Assembly (NCBI GenBank): GCA_013239625.1 | Contig: MU054033.1 | Coordinates: forward strand, 558,001 to 622,000 | Direction of reading: 5' to 3' | DNA: 64,000 bases | From: Lama guanicoe | Lineage: Eukaryota | Part shown: piece after piece, positions 52,891 to 64,000 of the stretch | Layout: each line of letters starts with the position of its first letter | How positions within the stretch are numbered: the stretch's first letter is position 1 | Notes under the pieces: model-generated | What the model saw: the letters and a program-made list of their open reading frames with translations, nothing else | What the model was told of the DNA's origin: nothing | Databases searched by the model: none | Position numbers and translations under genes: made by a program

Positions 52891-53529
52891 TGTAGAGCCT
52901 GAGAGTTGATGCGAGCAAGGCAGTAGTAGTGTAGTTTCTTCCTACAGGTGAAAGTAAACTACTCTAGTGTTACATTTTTTATCAGAAATGGAAATAACGT
53001 CATTTGCCCGGTCAGGCAGCATTTGAAGTGCCAAGAGCTTCGTTATGTATGAAGCAGCAGTCGATAGTGGAGGTCGTGACTCAGGTACGGTTGTTACAAT
53101 GTCCCAGACCAGCCTGCTGCGTGGGAGCGTGGGGACTTGCCTCGCCGGCATCCCCTCTTCGCGGTTCCGCAGGGAGGCGTTACTTGATTTGGAGTTTTGG
53201 TGAGAAGGGGAGGCTCTGGTGTTGGCTCTTCGTGCTTTAATGACCCGCACAATCACAGACCAGAGACGGTCTGGGTTGGGGGTTTCCGGGGAAACTCGAG
53301 TCGGAACTCTAGTGTAGTCAGCTGACCAGTACCTTGCCTCTGGTTCCTAGGGTCCCCAGCTGGACCCAGTGAGCTGTGGTGTTGCTCCAGGTTTCCAAGA
53401 ATTAGCAGAGCACAGAGCCATCGAGCTCGTCAGCATTTCCCTTTCCTCAGACGCACGGTCGCAGGTCCTCAGGGAGGGATGTCCTCCTCAGGGGCCCTGG
53501 GTCTGGGCTGTGAGGGCTGGTGATCAGCA

Positions 53530-53750
53530 GTAATGGGGACAGTGGAGACCCTGGGGCCACACCACCTGAGTTCGAATTGTGCCTGTACCAGGCAAGGAAC
53601 AGCAGCTCCTCTGCCCGGTGTCCCTGTCTAGAAAGTGGAAGTGGCGATAGTTTCGATGTCCTAAGACTGCTAGGAGGTTCAAATAGTATTTGTGACATGC
53701 TTAGTCCTGTGACCACACATAGTAAGCAGTTCCAAGTATTTTGCTAAATC
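53530..53750 (+). mobile_element. MIR SINE
   Basis: cctgagttcgaatt...tgtgacatgcttagtcctgtgaccacacatagtaagc. Confidence 0.65.
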
Positions 53751-55486
53751 CACAGGTAGCAGCAAAAAAGAAAGAAGGCAGGTGGGTAAGTGGTAGGCTT
53801 GGAAAAATCAAGCAGCTTTTCTCGCTTCGCACAGTGGTCACTGTTGTGACTCCTGAAGCGATGGCTCCCATTTGCAGCCCTGCAGCCCCTGTGCGATGGG
53901 GTGGGTGTGCGTGTTGGCGTCCAGGCCTGCTCCTTTCTCAGCGGCCTTGGCTGGGCTCCAGGAGGGCCAAGGGCGCAGCCAGCCTGTTTTGTTTTTTGTG
54001 GTTCCTTTGAAAGTTGATGATGGCAGTGGGAGAGAATACATTAACCTGGCGGTAAAGTTTTAGCTGAAGTTAGGGGTCATTAGCAATTTATTATAATTTT
54101 CAGTTAGCCTTGATTTTATTTCTGTTCTCCTTGAATGATTTCAATAAAGGCAGACTTCTGGTATTACTCGATGGACATTTCTTTTGAAATACTCGATTTC
54201 TCTGTTTTCTACAAGAACACTATCCTTCGAGCAAAACCAAATTTACAGCTAGTGTTTTTCCTTTATAATTGCACTGTTTGTATTTTTCCGGAAACATCTG
54301 AAAACCTACATTATGTGTTGAATTTACCTCTGAACTGACAGGAGACCCTCAGTTGCCTTTTCCCCACATTCCTGGCCGTCTGGCCCCAGTTGTGCTCACG
54401 GGGGTGTCCTGCAGACTCCGGGGTAGACAAGAGCCTTCCCCTGCCACTCATTTATTTTTCTCTTAAAAAGCAAACCTTTGCTTTTTGGCTTTACTTTTAT
54501 TTTTAGGATCATTCAAAGGATTATTATCTTCTTTGTCATACCTGGCTCATTTCCTGGTACTAACCTCAAAATAGTATGCTGTCCTGTTGGTTGCGTAACG
54601 TCCTGAGTCATGATTTCTTCCTATCGCTGTTGGGAACAGCCATTGCTCCTGACAACTGTTTCAGTTGCACTGTTTTATACAACTGCCGTTTTGATATTTC
54701 CTGGGTCTTTGAAACTGATAATCTGCCTTTCTGATGGTGTGTCTTACTGAGTCTCCTCTGAGATTGTGAAGTGCTCCCAAGTAGAAGAAATACTGCACGT
54801 AAAAACAAGCACATTGGGTAATTACGGAACTAGCATGGACTTTGAGATGACTCATGTTTTCCTGAAAAAAATTAATACGAGAAACATATTTCAGGGAAAA
54901 ATTAGGTTTCTGCAGAACTTCAGGATTTATAATACAGTAAAAGGTTAAAATTTAATTACTCACTGACTACTAATTAAGCTGTTCTACTTAATCCTTCAGT
55001 AGGAAAGATTTTATAGACTGCCTTACATCATGCTAGTTTGTGCTAATATTTGAAAGTACTAAGCACTGTCCCTGTTTAATGAGTTGAGAGTGTTAATACC
55101 CTGTTTTCCTTGTTTTTTTTATATATAAGGAGCCCCACGTTTCTTGTCATTTGTGTTATCTTTAGGTTGTAATGTTAAAAACTTTTATCTGTTTGAGAAA
55201 AATGTCTTTTAAGTTTTTAATTGTCACATTTAAAAGTAATTTTCATTATTTCAAAAAGTATAAGCATATGGGGGGAAAGTGTTATATTCTCTAACTTCAG
55301 AATTAGGAAAACCCGCAGAACGAAATGCGTCATTTCAGCACCCTGTGCCCCCAGCCCCCTCGTCTCCCGGGTCAGTACGTTTGTTTATTTTCTCCTACCA
55401 CTGCGTTACATAAACCCCATCCTCATACTTTAAGTGATGTGGAACCTAAAATCTGGCTGTTGGACATACCCCTTTCCCCTTCATTT

Positions 55487-56028
55487 TGTTACCGAGTCCA
55501 AACTTGTTCTGCTCGCCGCACGACAGGCCGGTAAATCAGGAGACAAGGTGTTGGGGCAAGGAATAGCGACTTTATTTGGAAAGCCAGCAGACCAAGAGGA
55601 TGGCAGACTAACGTCTTGGAGAACCATCCTGCTCCAATCAGAATACAGGCTCCTTTTATACAAAAAAAACCCAACCAAACAAACTGGGGAGGGGGGTGTG
55701 GTTGGTTGTTGCAAACTTCTTGCTGCAGGCATTCTTTGTTCTTGCAGCTATCTGTGTAGGTCAGGCCATGGTGTCCCTGTAAACCTCCAAAAAAAACAAA
55801 GGTGGTTCTCTATTTTGCAACTTGCCATCTCCACATAAGTGCAGAAATGCTGACATCCTTAAAGGTCAGAGCCCCGAGAATAGGCTCTCCTGGGTATTTC
55901 AGGCTAAAGGCAACATTGTTTTACAAAACGTGCAGAGCGAGCAGGACTGAGCCTAGAAAACAGGGCACAGTGGTCAAAACTAAAGGAACAGATCCAGTAT
56001 GCAGTCAGATCTGTTCTCCTCTGTTACA
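55487..56028 (-). mobile_element. Solo ERV LTR (542 bp, probably ERV1 class), antisense; same family as 8472-8904
   Basis: TGTTA...TTACA termini, 4-bp TSD ATTT (55483-55486 and 56029-56032). About 16 mismatches over the terminal 165 nt versus the other copy by hand alignment. Confidence 0.93.
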
Positions 56029-57229
56029 ATTTTACGTCATCAAAGTAATGTTTGTTTATAGACCTCTCACGTGAAGGGAAAAGGTTTATTCATTAATCAA
56101 TTTCATTTGTGTTTTTATTTCTCTTTTTTACTGACATTTTATACCACTGGAAAAATGATGCTTTTTAACTTGCTGTTGGCTAACTGTGATTTTTAAGTAT
56201 AATGTTTATTTTGAGGATAGTAACTAATGAAAATGTAGAGCGAAGCCTTGTCAGCCCTTTGAGCAGCCACTGCCTTTGTGTGGCAGCACTAAGAACATCA
56301 CCGACGACCAGGATTGTCACCTTCCTGGGTTCTTTCTGTTTGGCTTCAGGCTTATGAAGTTACATATGTTGCTTTTGTAATTTGCAGTGGGCTTATTCCT
56401 CTTCCCCTTCTATTCAGCCCACGTTTTCAGTGCACAATTTGATGTGAAGAAAAATTCCTCTTTCCATATATATCAAATCAATTTATCTCTATTTTTAGGG
56501 AAAAAGAAGTCTAAGGAATATGCGATAACCCCTGTTTATTTACCCTGGGATGGAATTTTCAGAAACTGGAAGTCAGGAGTACACATATTTCAGGCCTGGG
56601 TTTGATTCTGGAGGCCCTTTAAACTCACTTCTGTGTTTTCTCTTTCTGAAGAGTCGGCTGCCAGCAGATACTTAGCGAGTGCTGAAGGCGCTCCGGGGTG
56701 AGCAGCGCGTTCACACCGCCAGGAGGGAACAGCCCCCTCCTTCCCGTTGCTCCCTCCGACTTAGGACCTCTGCAGTTGTTCTTTTCTGCAGCTCTAGGGG
56801 GCTGCATATGCTCATGGGGTTTCTTTAAAGTATGAGGTTAAAGAAGTTGATAGTAGAACGAAAAGTAGAGAGAATACCAGGATTAATGTAGTGGAGACAG
56901 AAGAGACGGGGGTAACCTTGACGTCTGTCGCAGAGCGGTAGGAAGGATGTTACTGATCAGCGTTGATGTGATGCTAATCTTGCTTCAGGATGGGCAGTAA
57001 GGTGATGTGAATGCTCTGCTGGAGCAGTATGTGCAGAGTGCCGTGGAAACGTAAAGGAAGGGACTTTTGGCTTGCTGGGCATTCCAGGCAGAGGGCAGCT
57101 TGTACACAGGTGTGGACGGGAATGGCTTCTGGAGGTGCTTTAAGTAGTTTGGGGCTAGAACACAGGGTAGGTGTGAGAGGTTGGAGAAGAGGTTGGGCAG
57201 GTGGGCAGACTTGGTTCCTCCGCTGCCTC

Positions 57230-57760
57230 CTGTGCCATGGTGTAAGTTTGCTCTATTTTTATCCTGAATGTGGAATAAGTCATTGTACTGTTTTAAATAG
57301 GGGGCTAGCATGACTCTGTTTGCATTGTAGAAAGATTTTCCTGCAGGAAACATGGACCATGCATTGGAAGGGGCAGACTGAGGTGAAGGAGGTCCTCCTG
57401 CTGGTGAGAATGAGGGGACCCGGACGGCTGGCTGTAGCAGAGGGAAGGGAAGTTCCCATTTGTGAGCTGTTGTTAGGCAGGACTTTGAAAACAGTTGGGC
57501 ATAAGGTCATTAGGGGAACACCTGGGATGGCTTCTCGGTGTCTGTCTCGAGTAACCTGGTGGTGGAGATTCTACCAAATGTGAAATGGAGTCTAGAAAAA
57601 GGACTGACAAGGAGTTGATGGGAACGTGCTGAAGTATTTAAGCAGAGATGTCCAACAGGCAGGACATAGAGATACAGTTTAGGGAGAGGTTTGGGTTTGA
57701 GGTGGCCGTTCGGGTATCATTGGTGTTATGGACGGTAAAAGTTAAGGACGGGGAGGACAC
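57230..57760 (-). mobile_element. L2 fragment
   Basis: gcatgactctgtttgcattgtagaaagattttcctg; gcagagatgtccaacaggcagg. Confidence 0.65.
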
Positions 57761-58525
57761 CTTCCAGGCAGAGCTTCTACTGAGAGGGGAAGGAGGCTGG
57801 GAAATAACCACAGGTAGAAAGAAAGGCCGGAAAAAATGAGGGGGAGGGATCAGGCAGGCAGATGACTAAGGAACGTCTGGTTTTGTGTTTCGTGACTGGC
57901 TGACCCCTTCCCAGTCCTCCTTTGGGCAGGTTCTCAGAGCCGTGTCAGTGCCCGTCCCACCTGAGGTGTGCGGGATCTGATAGAGCCTGGTTGTCTTCTG
58001 GCTACTGTGCATTGTGCTCGTTACCAGGTGATCGATCTAGTGGGTCGATCCCCCAGCAGCCGCTCGAACTGCTTCTGTCTTGTTTGAGTAGATGTGTCAC
58101 TTCTTTGAATGAGGCTCCATCATCCTGAGCACCAGGTAGCCCAGCAAAGTATCGTGAACTTTGCATTATACCTAAGTCATTTCAACTCGAAATTTGTATG
58201 AATCAGAACATCTCATGAAAGACTTTCAGACTATAAAGTCAGAACTGTGATTCTGTTAGCTCAACAGAAAATATTTACGAATGTGTTTCAGCAACGTGGT
58301 AAGATTGAAAGACACTGCACAAACGTGTGAAGGAAAACCACACATTTATTGCATGTTTTCGTAGAATAAGAACAAAATGCTTATTTTGTTAAAAGTAAAA
58401 GGGGTACAAAATCCTGTAGACAATATTCCACTTAAAAATACGGTCACAGAAAAATATTTAAGACAAGTTACATGGTAAGGTAACACTCTTCCTGAAGAAG
58501 CATCAAATCTTTCTTTCTGTTTCAG

Positions 58526-58618
58526 CTAACCTTCCAGTGCCAACCATCGCGGCCATAGACGGACTCGCCTTAGGTGGCGGTCTTGAACTGGCTTTAGCCT
58601 GTGATGTAAGAGTAGCAG
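58526..58618 (+). CDS. AUH: AUH coding exon 5 (93 nt, phase 1 to 1): (A)[30 protein letters not shown](A)
   Basis: Acceptor ctttctttctgtttcag|CT and donor CAG|gtgaga. Contains the enoyl-CoA hydratase signature with GGG oxyanion loop and first catalytic Glu (human E189). Confidence 0.98.
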
Positions 58619-58809
58619 GTGAGACTTAATTTTATTAAAAACGTAACTTTTTAAAAATGAGGTTTGTGTTGACCCTCCCGATAATTCCAATATTTTACTC
58701 ATTTTTTTCCTGTTGTGGAATAAACATGTAGAAAAAGTCACCTTGTGGGGCTTAATGAGGTTTTAAAACGCCCAGGTAAGAGAACAGTCTTTTATACTCA
58801 GCCTCTTGT

Positions 58810-59300
58810 TCAGCGTTAGCAGTAGGAGCGGAAAACAGGAACTGGGTGAGACAGACCCGACTTTGGATCTTGGGTCCTGCCCTTTTTAGATCAGTTTCCC
58901 CTCTGACATGTTGTGAAGATGAAATGACTCCATTTATGATGAACGTGTAGCCCAAGCCGTACTCGTTGTTAGTTACGGTAATAATAACTTAACCTGTTTG
59001 GGGTTCACTTCCTTCCCGCGTGGTTTTCTGAGGATGGGATGAGGTGACTGTGAAAATAATGAAGGAAAACAACAGGTGCTAACCACGCGCTATTTCCTGG
59101 TGCTCGACGCTCTTCTCAGCTCTTGACGTGTGTTAACTCACCCAGTCTGCCTCCCGGCCCTGTGAAGCAGGTACACGCTGTGGAGCCTGAAGAAGCTCGG
59201 GCCCAGACAGGCGAAGCAGCAAGTCTAACATCAGCGACGGTGCTGGGATTTGAACCCAGGCGGCCTGGCGTCACAGCCGGAGTACTGCGTGCTGCCACTG
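58810..59300. mobile_element. Cluster of MIR fragments: sense pieces about 58810-59060, antisense copy about 59060-59300
   Basis: tcagtttcccctctg; aacttaacctgtttggggttcacttcct; gctgggatttgaacccaggcggcctggc. Confidence 0.65.
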
Positions 59301-60249
59301 TTGTCCTTGATGCTGCCTCCTGTGTGGTCACAGTGCTGTCTGCATCCTTGTCCCTCGTCGAGGTGACAGAGAGCACGGGACCAAGGACTGGGCGAAGCAG
59401 GCAGCCAGTGTTTGTCACTGCTCTTGCCCTGGTTCCCACCGTCCCTTCTGATGGAGCTGCCTGTTAAATGTAGAGTCAGGATAATTATGTTTTTAATAAT
59501 GTTATGGTGTTGTTTCTGGGGATTTGTCATTGCTAGTCCATATGTTCGTTCCCCCTTTTCACTCTATTTTATATCTCTGTCTTCTTGACTGAGATCCTTG
59601 AGTGTTAAATTGAAAAGTCAAGTTACATGCGATCCATTTCTGAAAGAATGCAAGTTCTGGGAATTAGGGTATGGGAAGTCGTCCAAGGACATTTGGATAT
59701 GCAAATAAAGAAGTAATTAAGATGTTTTAAAGTAGCCGTGAAAACAAACATGGAAAGAGGAGCCCTGTCCAGCTGTCAGAACAGTAAAATCATTTGTCAG
59801 GAGTAACTAGAGACTGGGTCTTGAAAAGTTGCCATATCTGATACGACATATTAAGCTGTTTGATCTGGAGGACTGGTCGGGCAGCCAGGGAATTCTTACT
59901 TGTCAGACACAGCCTCTCTCCTCATCCTGAATAATTAATGAACTCCGAGCCTTCAGACATGACTTGGCAGTATCAGGTCAAATTATGTAGTTACAACCTG
60001 GTCTTTCTGCATCAAAAAATTAATTCGCTGCCAAGCAATTTTTAACAGAAAATATTATGTGAATCTCTTAATAGATATCATTTAGAGTGTTCATGTATTT
60101 CCATAACTAAATGTCTTCCAAAGGGATTTTTAAAAAGATTCGTGACAAAAATTTAATTAATAAACAGAATAGCCTACTAACTTTTTTTAAGTCATCATAT
60201 TTGAATTTGACGATGTGGGTGTTACTTAATTTTCTTCTTTCCTTTTTAG

Positions 60250-60306
60250 CTTCCTCTGCAAAAATGGGCCTGGTTGAAACAAAGTTGGCAATTATTCCTG
60301 GTGGAG
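60250..60306 (+). CDS. AUH: AUH coding exon 6 (57 nt, phase 1 to 1): (A)SSAKMGLVETKLAIIPGG(G)
   Basis: Acceptor ttttcttctttcctttttag|CT and donor GAG|gtatga. Visible within ORF 60111..60332. Contains the second catalytic Glu (human E209). Confidence 0.98.
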
Positions 60307-62849
60307 GTATGAATTGTTCACGCCTGTCTTGATTTGCTCCTCAAAACAGTGAAAAGGCAACATTTTGGGTAAAGAGACTCGTGCTGTGTTGTTTGCTTAT
60401 TATTATTCAAAGTGCATCCTTTTAGCCTCTGTGGGTGTGAAGATGGAGGGCGCCTTGCCTGGTGTTCTCTTCTTGTGCTGTGTCCTGTGCTTTTTCTATA
60501 TGATTTCTTAGCTTTTAAATTATTGTAGTGGCCACATTATTCTTGAAAGAGTACAACGATATTTGGAAACTTTTATATGGGTATATAAATGTATTTGCCC
60601 TCAGAGAGCCTTTTCACACCGTCAGACCCCAGTGGAGGAAGGAACAGGGCTTCCCAGGCTGCATGCCAGCTTCCTTGGGTTTCTCTGCAGCTGGACAAAG
60701 GTTGGGGTTAGTGGGCAGCCTGGATTTGGAGCTGAGGAGCTGGTATTTATTCTGTTACTACAAAAAAGATAGGTGAGCTGCTGCTTTTTGGAAGGCTCAT
60801 TTAAGAAAGCACTTTTCCAACATTGGTAACGAAGTCTTGCATCACCCAGTAAATCTGAAATTTTGTTCCTTGTCTGATGCAGAGAATTTAGAGACATTCC
60901 CATTCGGTGGAGTTGTTCTTTCAAAAAATGGACTTCATTTGAGGATGTGTGTGTTAGTAAGTTATTACTGTATGAGTGAAGTGATAGTAATAATGTAAAA
61001 ATCAAAGGTGGTGTTTGAACACTTCAGGCATGTTGTACCTGAATGGGTTAAAGTTATGTGTTTAACCGTATCTTTAAAACAATATGTATGGTGATTAGGG
61101 TGTACAGGTAGGAATTACACCTTAATTTTGTGAAACTGAAGACTGCCCAGATCAGTTTTAAGACTTAAGTTTTCTACTTTGGAATTGCTGAAAATGCTAT
61201 TCCTGTAGGTAAAAGCATTTAATATCTACCTGTCCGGCCCTGCCAACCTTTTTCACAGTGACTCATGGAAACACTGAAAGGATGATAAGAAAATGGATCC
61301 GATGAAAAGAATTATCAGATAACTAACATGTGAGATAAAACAGCTGTTCCCCAAATTGAAAAAGGAAGAAAGAAAGATGAATTTTTAATTTATTTTCTGT
61401 TCTAAAAAGAAAGAAGGAAAGAAGGAGGGGAATTAGAGCGCTCAGGTTTCAGAGGACCAGAACTGGGGTCCCGAGATCTGTCTGTGTCTCGTCCCCAGGG
61501 TGAGCGATTCAGGACATCCCTGCCCGGCTCACCGTAAGCTGTGTTTAGCAGTAACACAGCCCCTTGGCATGGAGTCCAGGAACTCTATTTTAAGGTGTGT
61601 CTATGAAGTAATGTTAGATTTTTAAATCCTGAGTGTGTGTGTTGTCCTGAACACAGTAGTCATTTTGGAAAGTTTTGTTTATAACCTTTGTCGAAATCTT
61701 CTTAGAATTTACATCAGAATTTGAGCTGATTCTTTGGAATATCTTCTGCCAGTGACTCATCTTTTTCCTCTGAGGGTGAATTTGCTTTTCATAAATAGCA
61801 AAAGACCTTTCTGTGCCAAATCTGATTAATAAGGTCGTAACTGTTTTCAGGAAGAAGAAAAGTGTAACAAAAATAAGACTGCTTTTCTTAAGAGACTTAC
61901 GTAACGTCAGACCTTTACCAGTGTTGTGAGCAGGGGACAGCACTGCTGGGTGAGTGGGCTGATGCCCCAGTGACCCCTCTGAAGTCTAGTCCACTTATGA
62001 ACGCCCCTCATGCACTGCAGTGTCGTTTCTTTGTACTGGTAAGTGTGCTCGGTGACCACTTGCTTTATGTCCAGTTAGGGTGTTTTGGGAGTTACTTGCA
62101 AGAAACTTAACATTGTTAGTTGCTGTGGTGGAAACACACAGATACAGATGGAGATGACGCATCTGAAATCTGGTAGGAGAGAGTAAACGTGTGCAGTACC
62201 ACAGCTGCCCTGTTATTACAAAGCTGTTGGCATCAAACAGGAGCAAGGCAGTTTAAGCTGGGGAGCTGTGAGTGTGAGGAAACAGTGGTGGACTGAGTCA
62301 GCGGTACGCGTCAGAGGACAAGACCTGCACGCGGGTCCCAGCACCTCTCTCGCCTCTGCTCACACGCTGTGTTTCAGGCACATTTACTCACTTAACTTAG
62401 CACATGTTTGTTGCGCCGTGCACTGGCGTAGACACTGGGTGTACAGCCATGAGCAAACAAGGGAAGGGCACGGTGCCCTGCAGCTGACGTTCCAGCACAG
62501 GGGCGGGAGACATGGCAAACAGCGAGCTGTGGATTGTGGCCAAAGTGCAGCAAACCACGCCCCTCATCCAGACCAGGCCTCATTCCTGCTTATCCCTGGA
62601 GACGGGGTTCCAGGTGCGTGCCAGACTATGAAATTATTCAGATAAACCAATCGCATCCTCCCTGAGGAACCAGGGGCACACCACGCTCTCGCACTGCAAT
62701 GCCTGCCTCTCGTACCCTGTTTGTCACCCTGTTACCAAGCACAGTATCCATGTGGTCCTGCGTGCCATGTGGTACCCTTCCCTGGGCTGTGAGCATATGT
62801 GACTGAGAAACTGTTAGCAGTCACATACGTGTCCAATGTCCAGTGTCAT

Positions 62850-64000
62850 GTGTTTGGCCGTCCCCAGAAACCTAGGAAAGGAATCCCTCCCTCACCAGTA
62901 AGGAGAAGAGGAGGCAACTGAAACAATTCGCCCTTAACTTCTTGACGTAGTAACCGCTTACCCACGTGAAAAATGGAAATGCACAGCGTTTCAGAGTAGA
63001 AATGACGGAAGAGGGGGTGAACCTCACGACTGAGCAACAGGAGCTAGGAGTTCCTCGGTCCAAGTAACAGAGAAGCAAACAAAAAGCTGAAGAAATGAAC
63101 TGGACACCAGGGGCCTACGGAGCAGTGCTCAAATGCTTGACGTTTGTGTTGCAAAAATCTCAGAAGGAAAGGAGAAAGAGGGTGGTTCGAAAAATATTGT
63201 TCGAAAAAATGGCTGAGGATTTTACAGATTTGGTGAAAGACATAAATGAAGGATTCCAGTGAAACCAGTCAAGATGAGCCCAAAGGAACCCATGAGCAGA
63301 CGCTTCATAACCAAAATGCTTAGGACTAAGGACCAAAATAATCATCATCATCATCTTGAAAGTCGAAGAGAAATAGCACATTAATAGGGAGCAATGGTTT
63401 GAATGAGTGGATTCCCCATCAGAAAGTGTGGAGTCCGGAGATCAGTGGAATGGCATTTCCGAAGTGCGGAAAGCAAAGGGCCGTCAGCCTAGAATTCTCG
63501 TATTCCGAACCTGTTTGTGTCTTTATGTTTACAGTACGTTTCTGGTGGCAGCATGTTGTCGGGTCTTGCTTTTTCATCCCGTCTTACGGTTGAGTCTTAA
63601 TGAGCCTTTGAATGTGCTTGCTGTTGTTACGTACAAAGCTCTCGTTTTCGTGTGTTTTCGCTGTGCTCTGTTTTTGTTCCCCCCTTTCCTTTTCACCATT
63701 GTGTGGATTAATTGAATTTTTTAATGATCCTGTTTTATCACCTTTATTGCCTTAGTCACTGTTATAACGCATTCATTGTTTTTCTCTGACCTTTGTCCTG
63801 TGGCTGTGCACTTTTACAGAGGCTGTGAGCCCACGTTGTGTGGTTAACTACTTCTGTTAAATAATTGATTATTCTTTAAAGAGATTTAATTTACTAGGAA
63901 AATGCCTTAGGTATTTGTGCCCGTAGTTACTTCCAGTTAGACCCAGATTTCATCTCTTACCCTTCCCTCCTCCAGGAGGACTTCCGTTAACATTTCTGCG
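62850..64000. mobile_element. L1 ORF1 relic (sense, to about 63510) abutting antisense L1 sequence (63510-64000)
   Basis: aaaaaatggctgaggattttacagatttggtgaaagacataaat and cagcctagaattct are ORF1 sense. tttgtgtctttatgtttacagtacgtttctggtggcagcat is the ORF2 start read antisense. Confidence 0.75.

Noticed and set aside
52930..52955. Possible recursive splice site tttcttcctacag|gtgaaa
   Set aside because: Donor match is mediocre and AG|GT motifs are expected by chance in a 17-kb intron.
55434..55838. Similar ORFs at 55434..55838 and 8568..8843 (LGQGIATLFGKPAD...) as a paralogous protein family
   Set aside because: The similarity is fully explained by two copies of the same LTR read antisense.

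Overview
Mammalian genomic DNA, very likely camelid given two vic-1-type tRNA-derived SINEs. The window lies entirely inside one gene on the + strand: AUH (methylglutaconyl-CoA hydratase / AU-rich RNA-binding protein, crotonase fold). Five GT-AG coding exons (2-6; 68, 88, 87, 93 and 57 nt) splice into a stop-free 131-codon frame, [10 protein letters not shown]...KLAIIPGG, equivalent to about human G88-G219. Exon 1 (mitochondrial presequence) and the 3' exons lie outside the window. The rest is intron, mostly L1, L2, MIR, LTR and hAT relics, and nearly all listed ORFs are chance frames or L1/LTR remnants. I found no demonstrable new biological system. The best leads are hypotheses: (i) two same-family solo LTRs in inverted orientation bracket exons 2-4, whose back-spliced circle (243 nt) would be a stop-free frame carrying the RNA-binding lysine helix; (ii) an intronic CpG island built from ancient repeats by apparent AT-to-GC conversion, with weaker patches elsewhere; (iii) a tail-to-tail MER21-like LTR pair able to fold back in the pre-mRNA. 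Repeat family names and human AUH comparisons are from memory, not from a database search.
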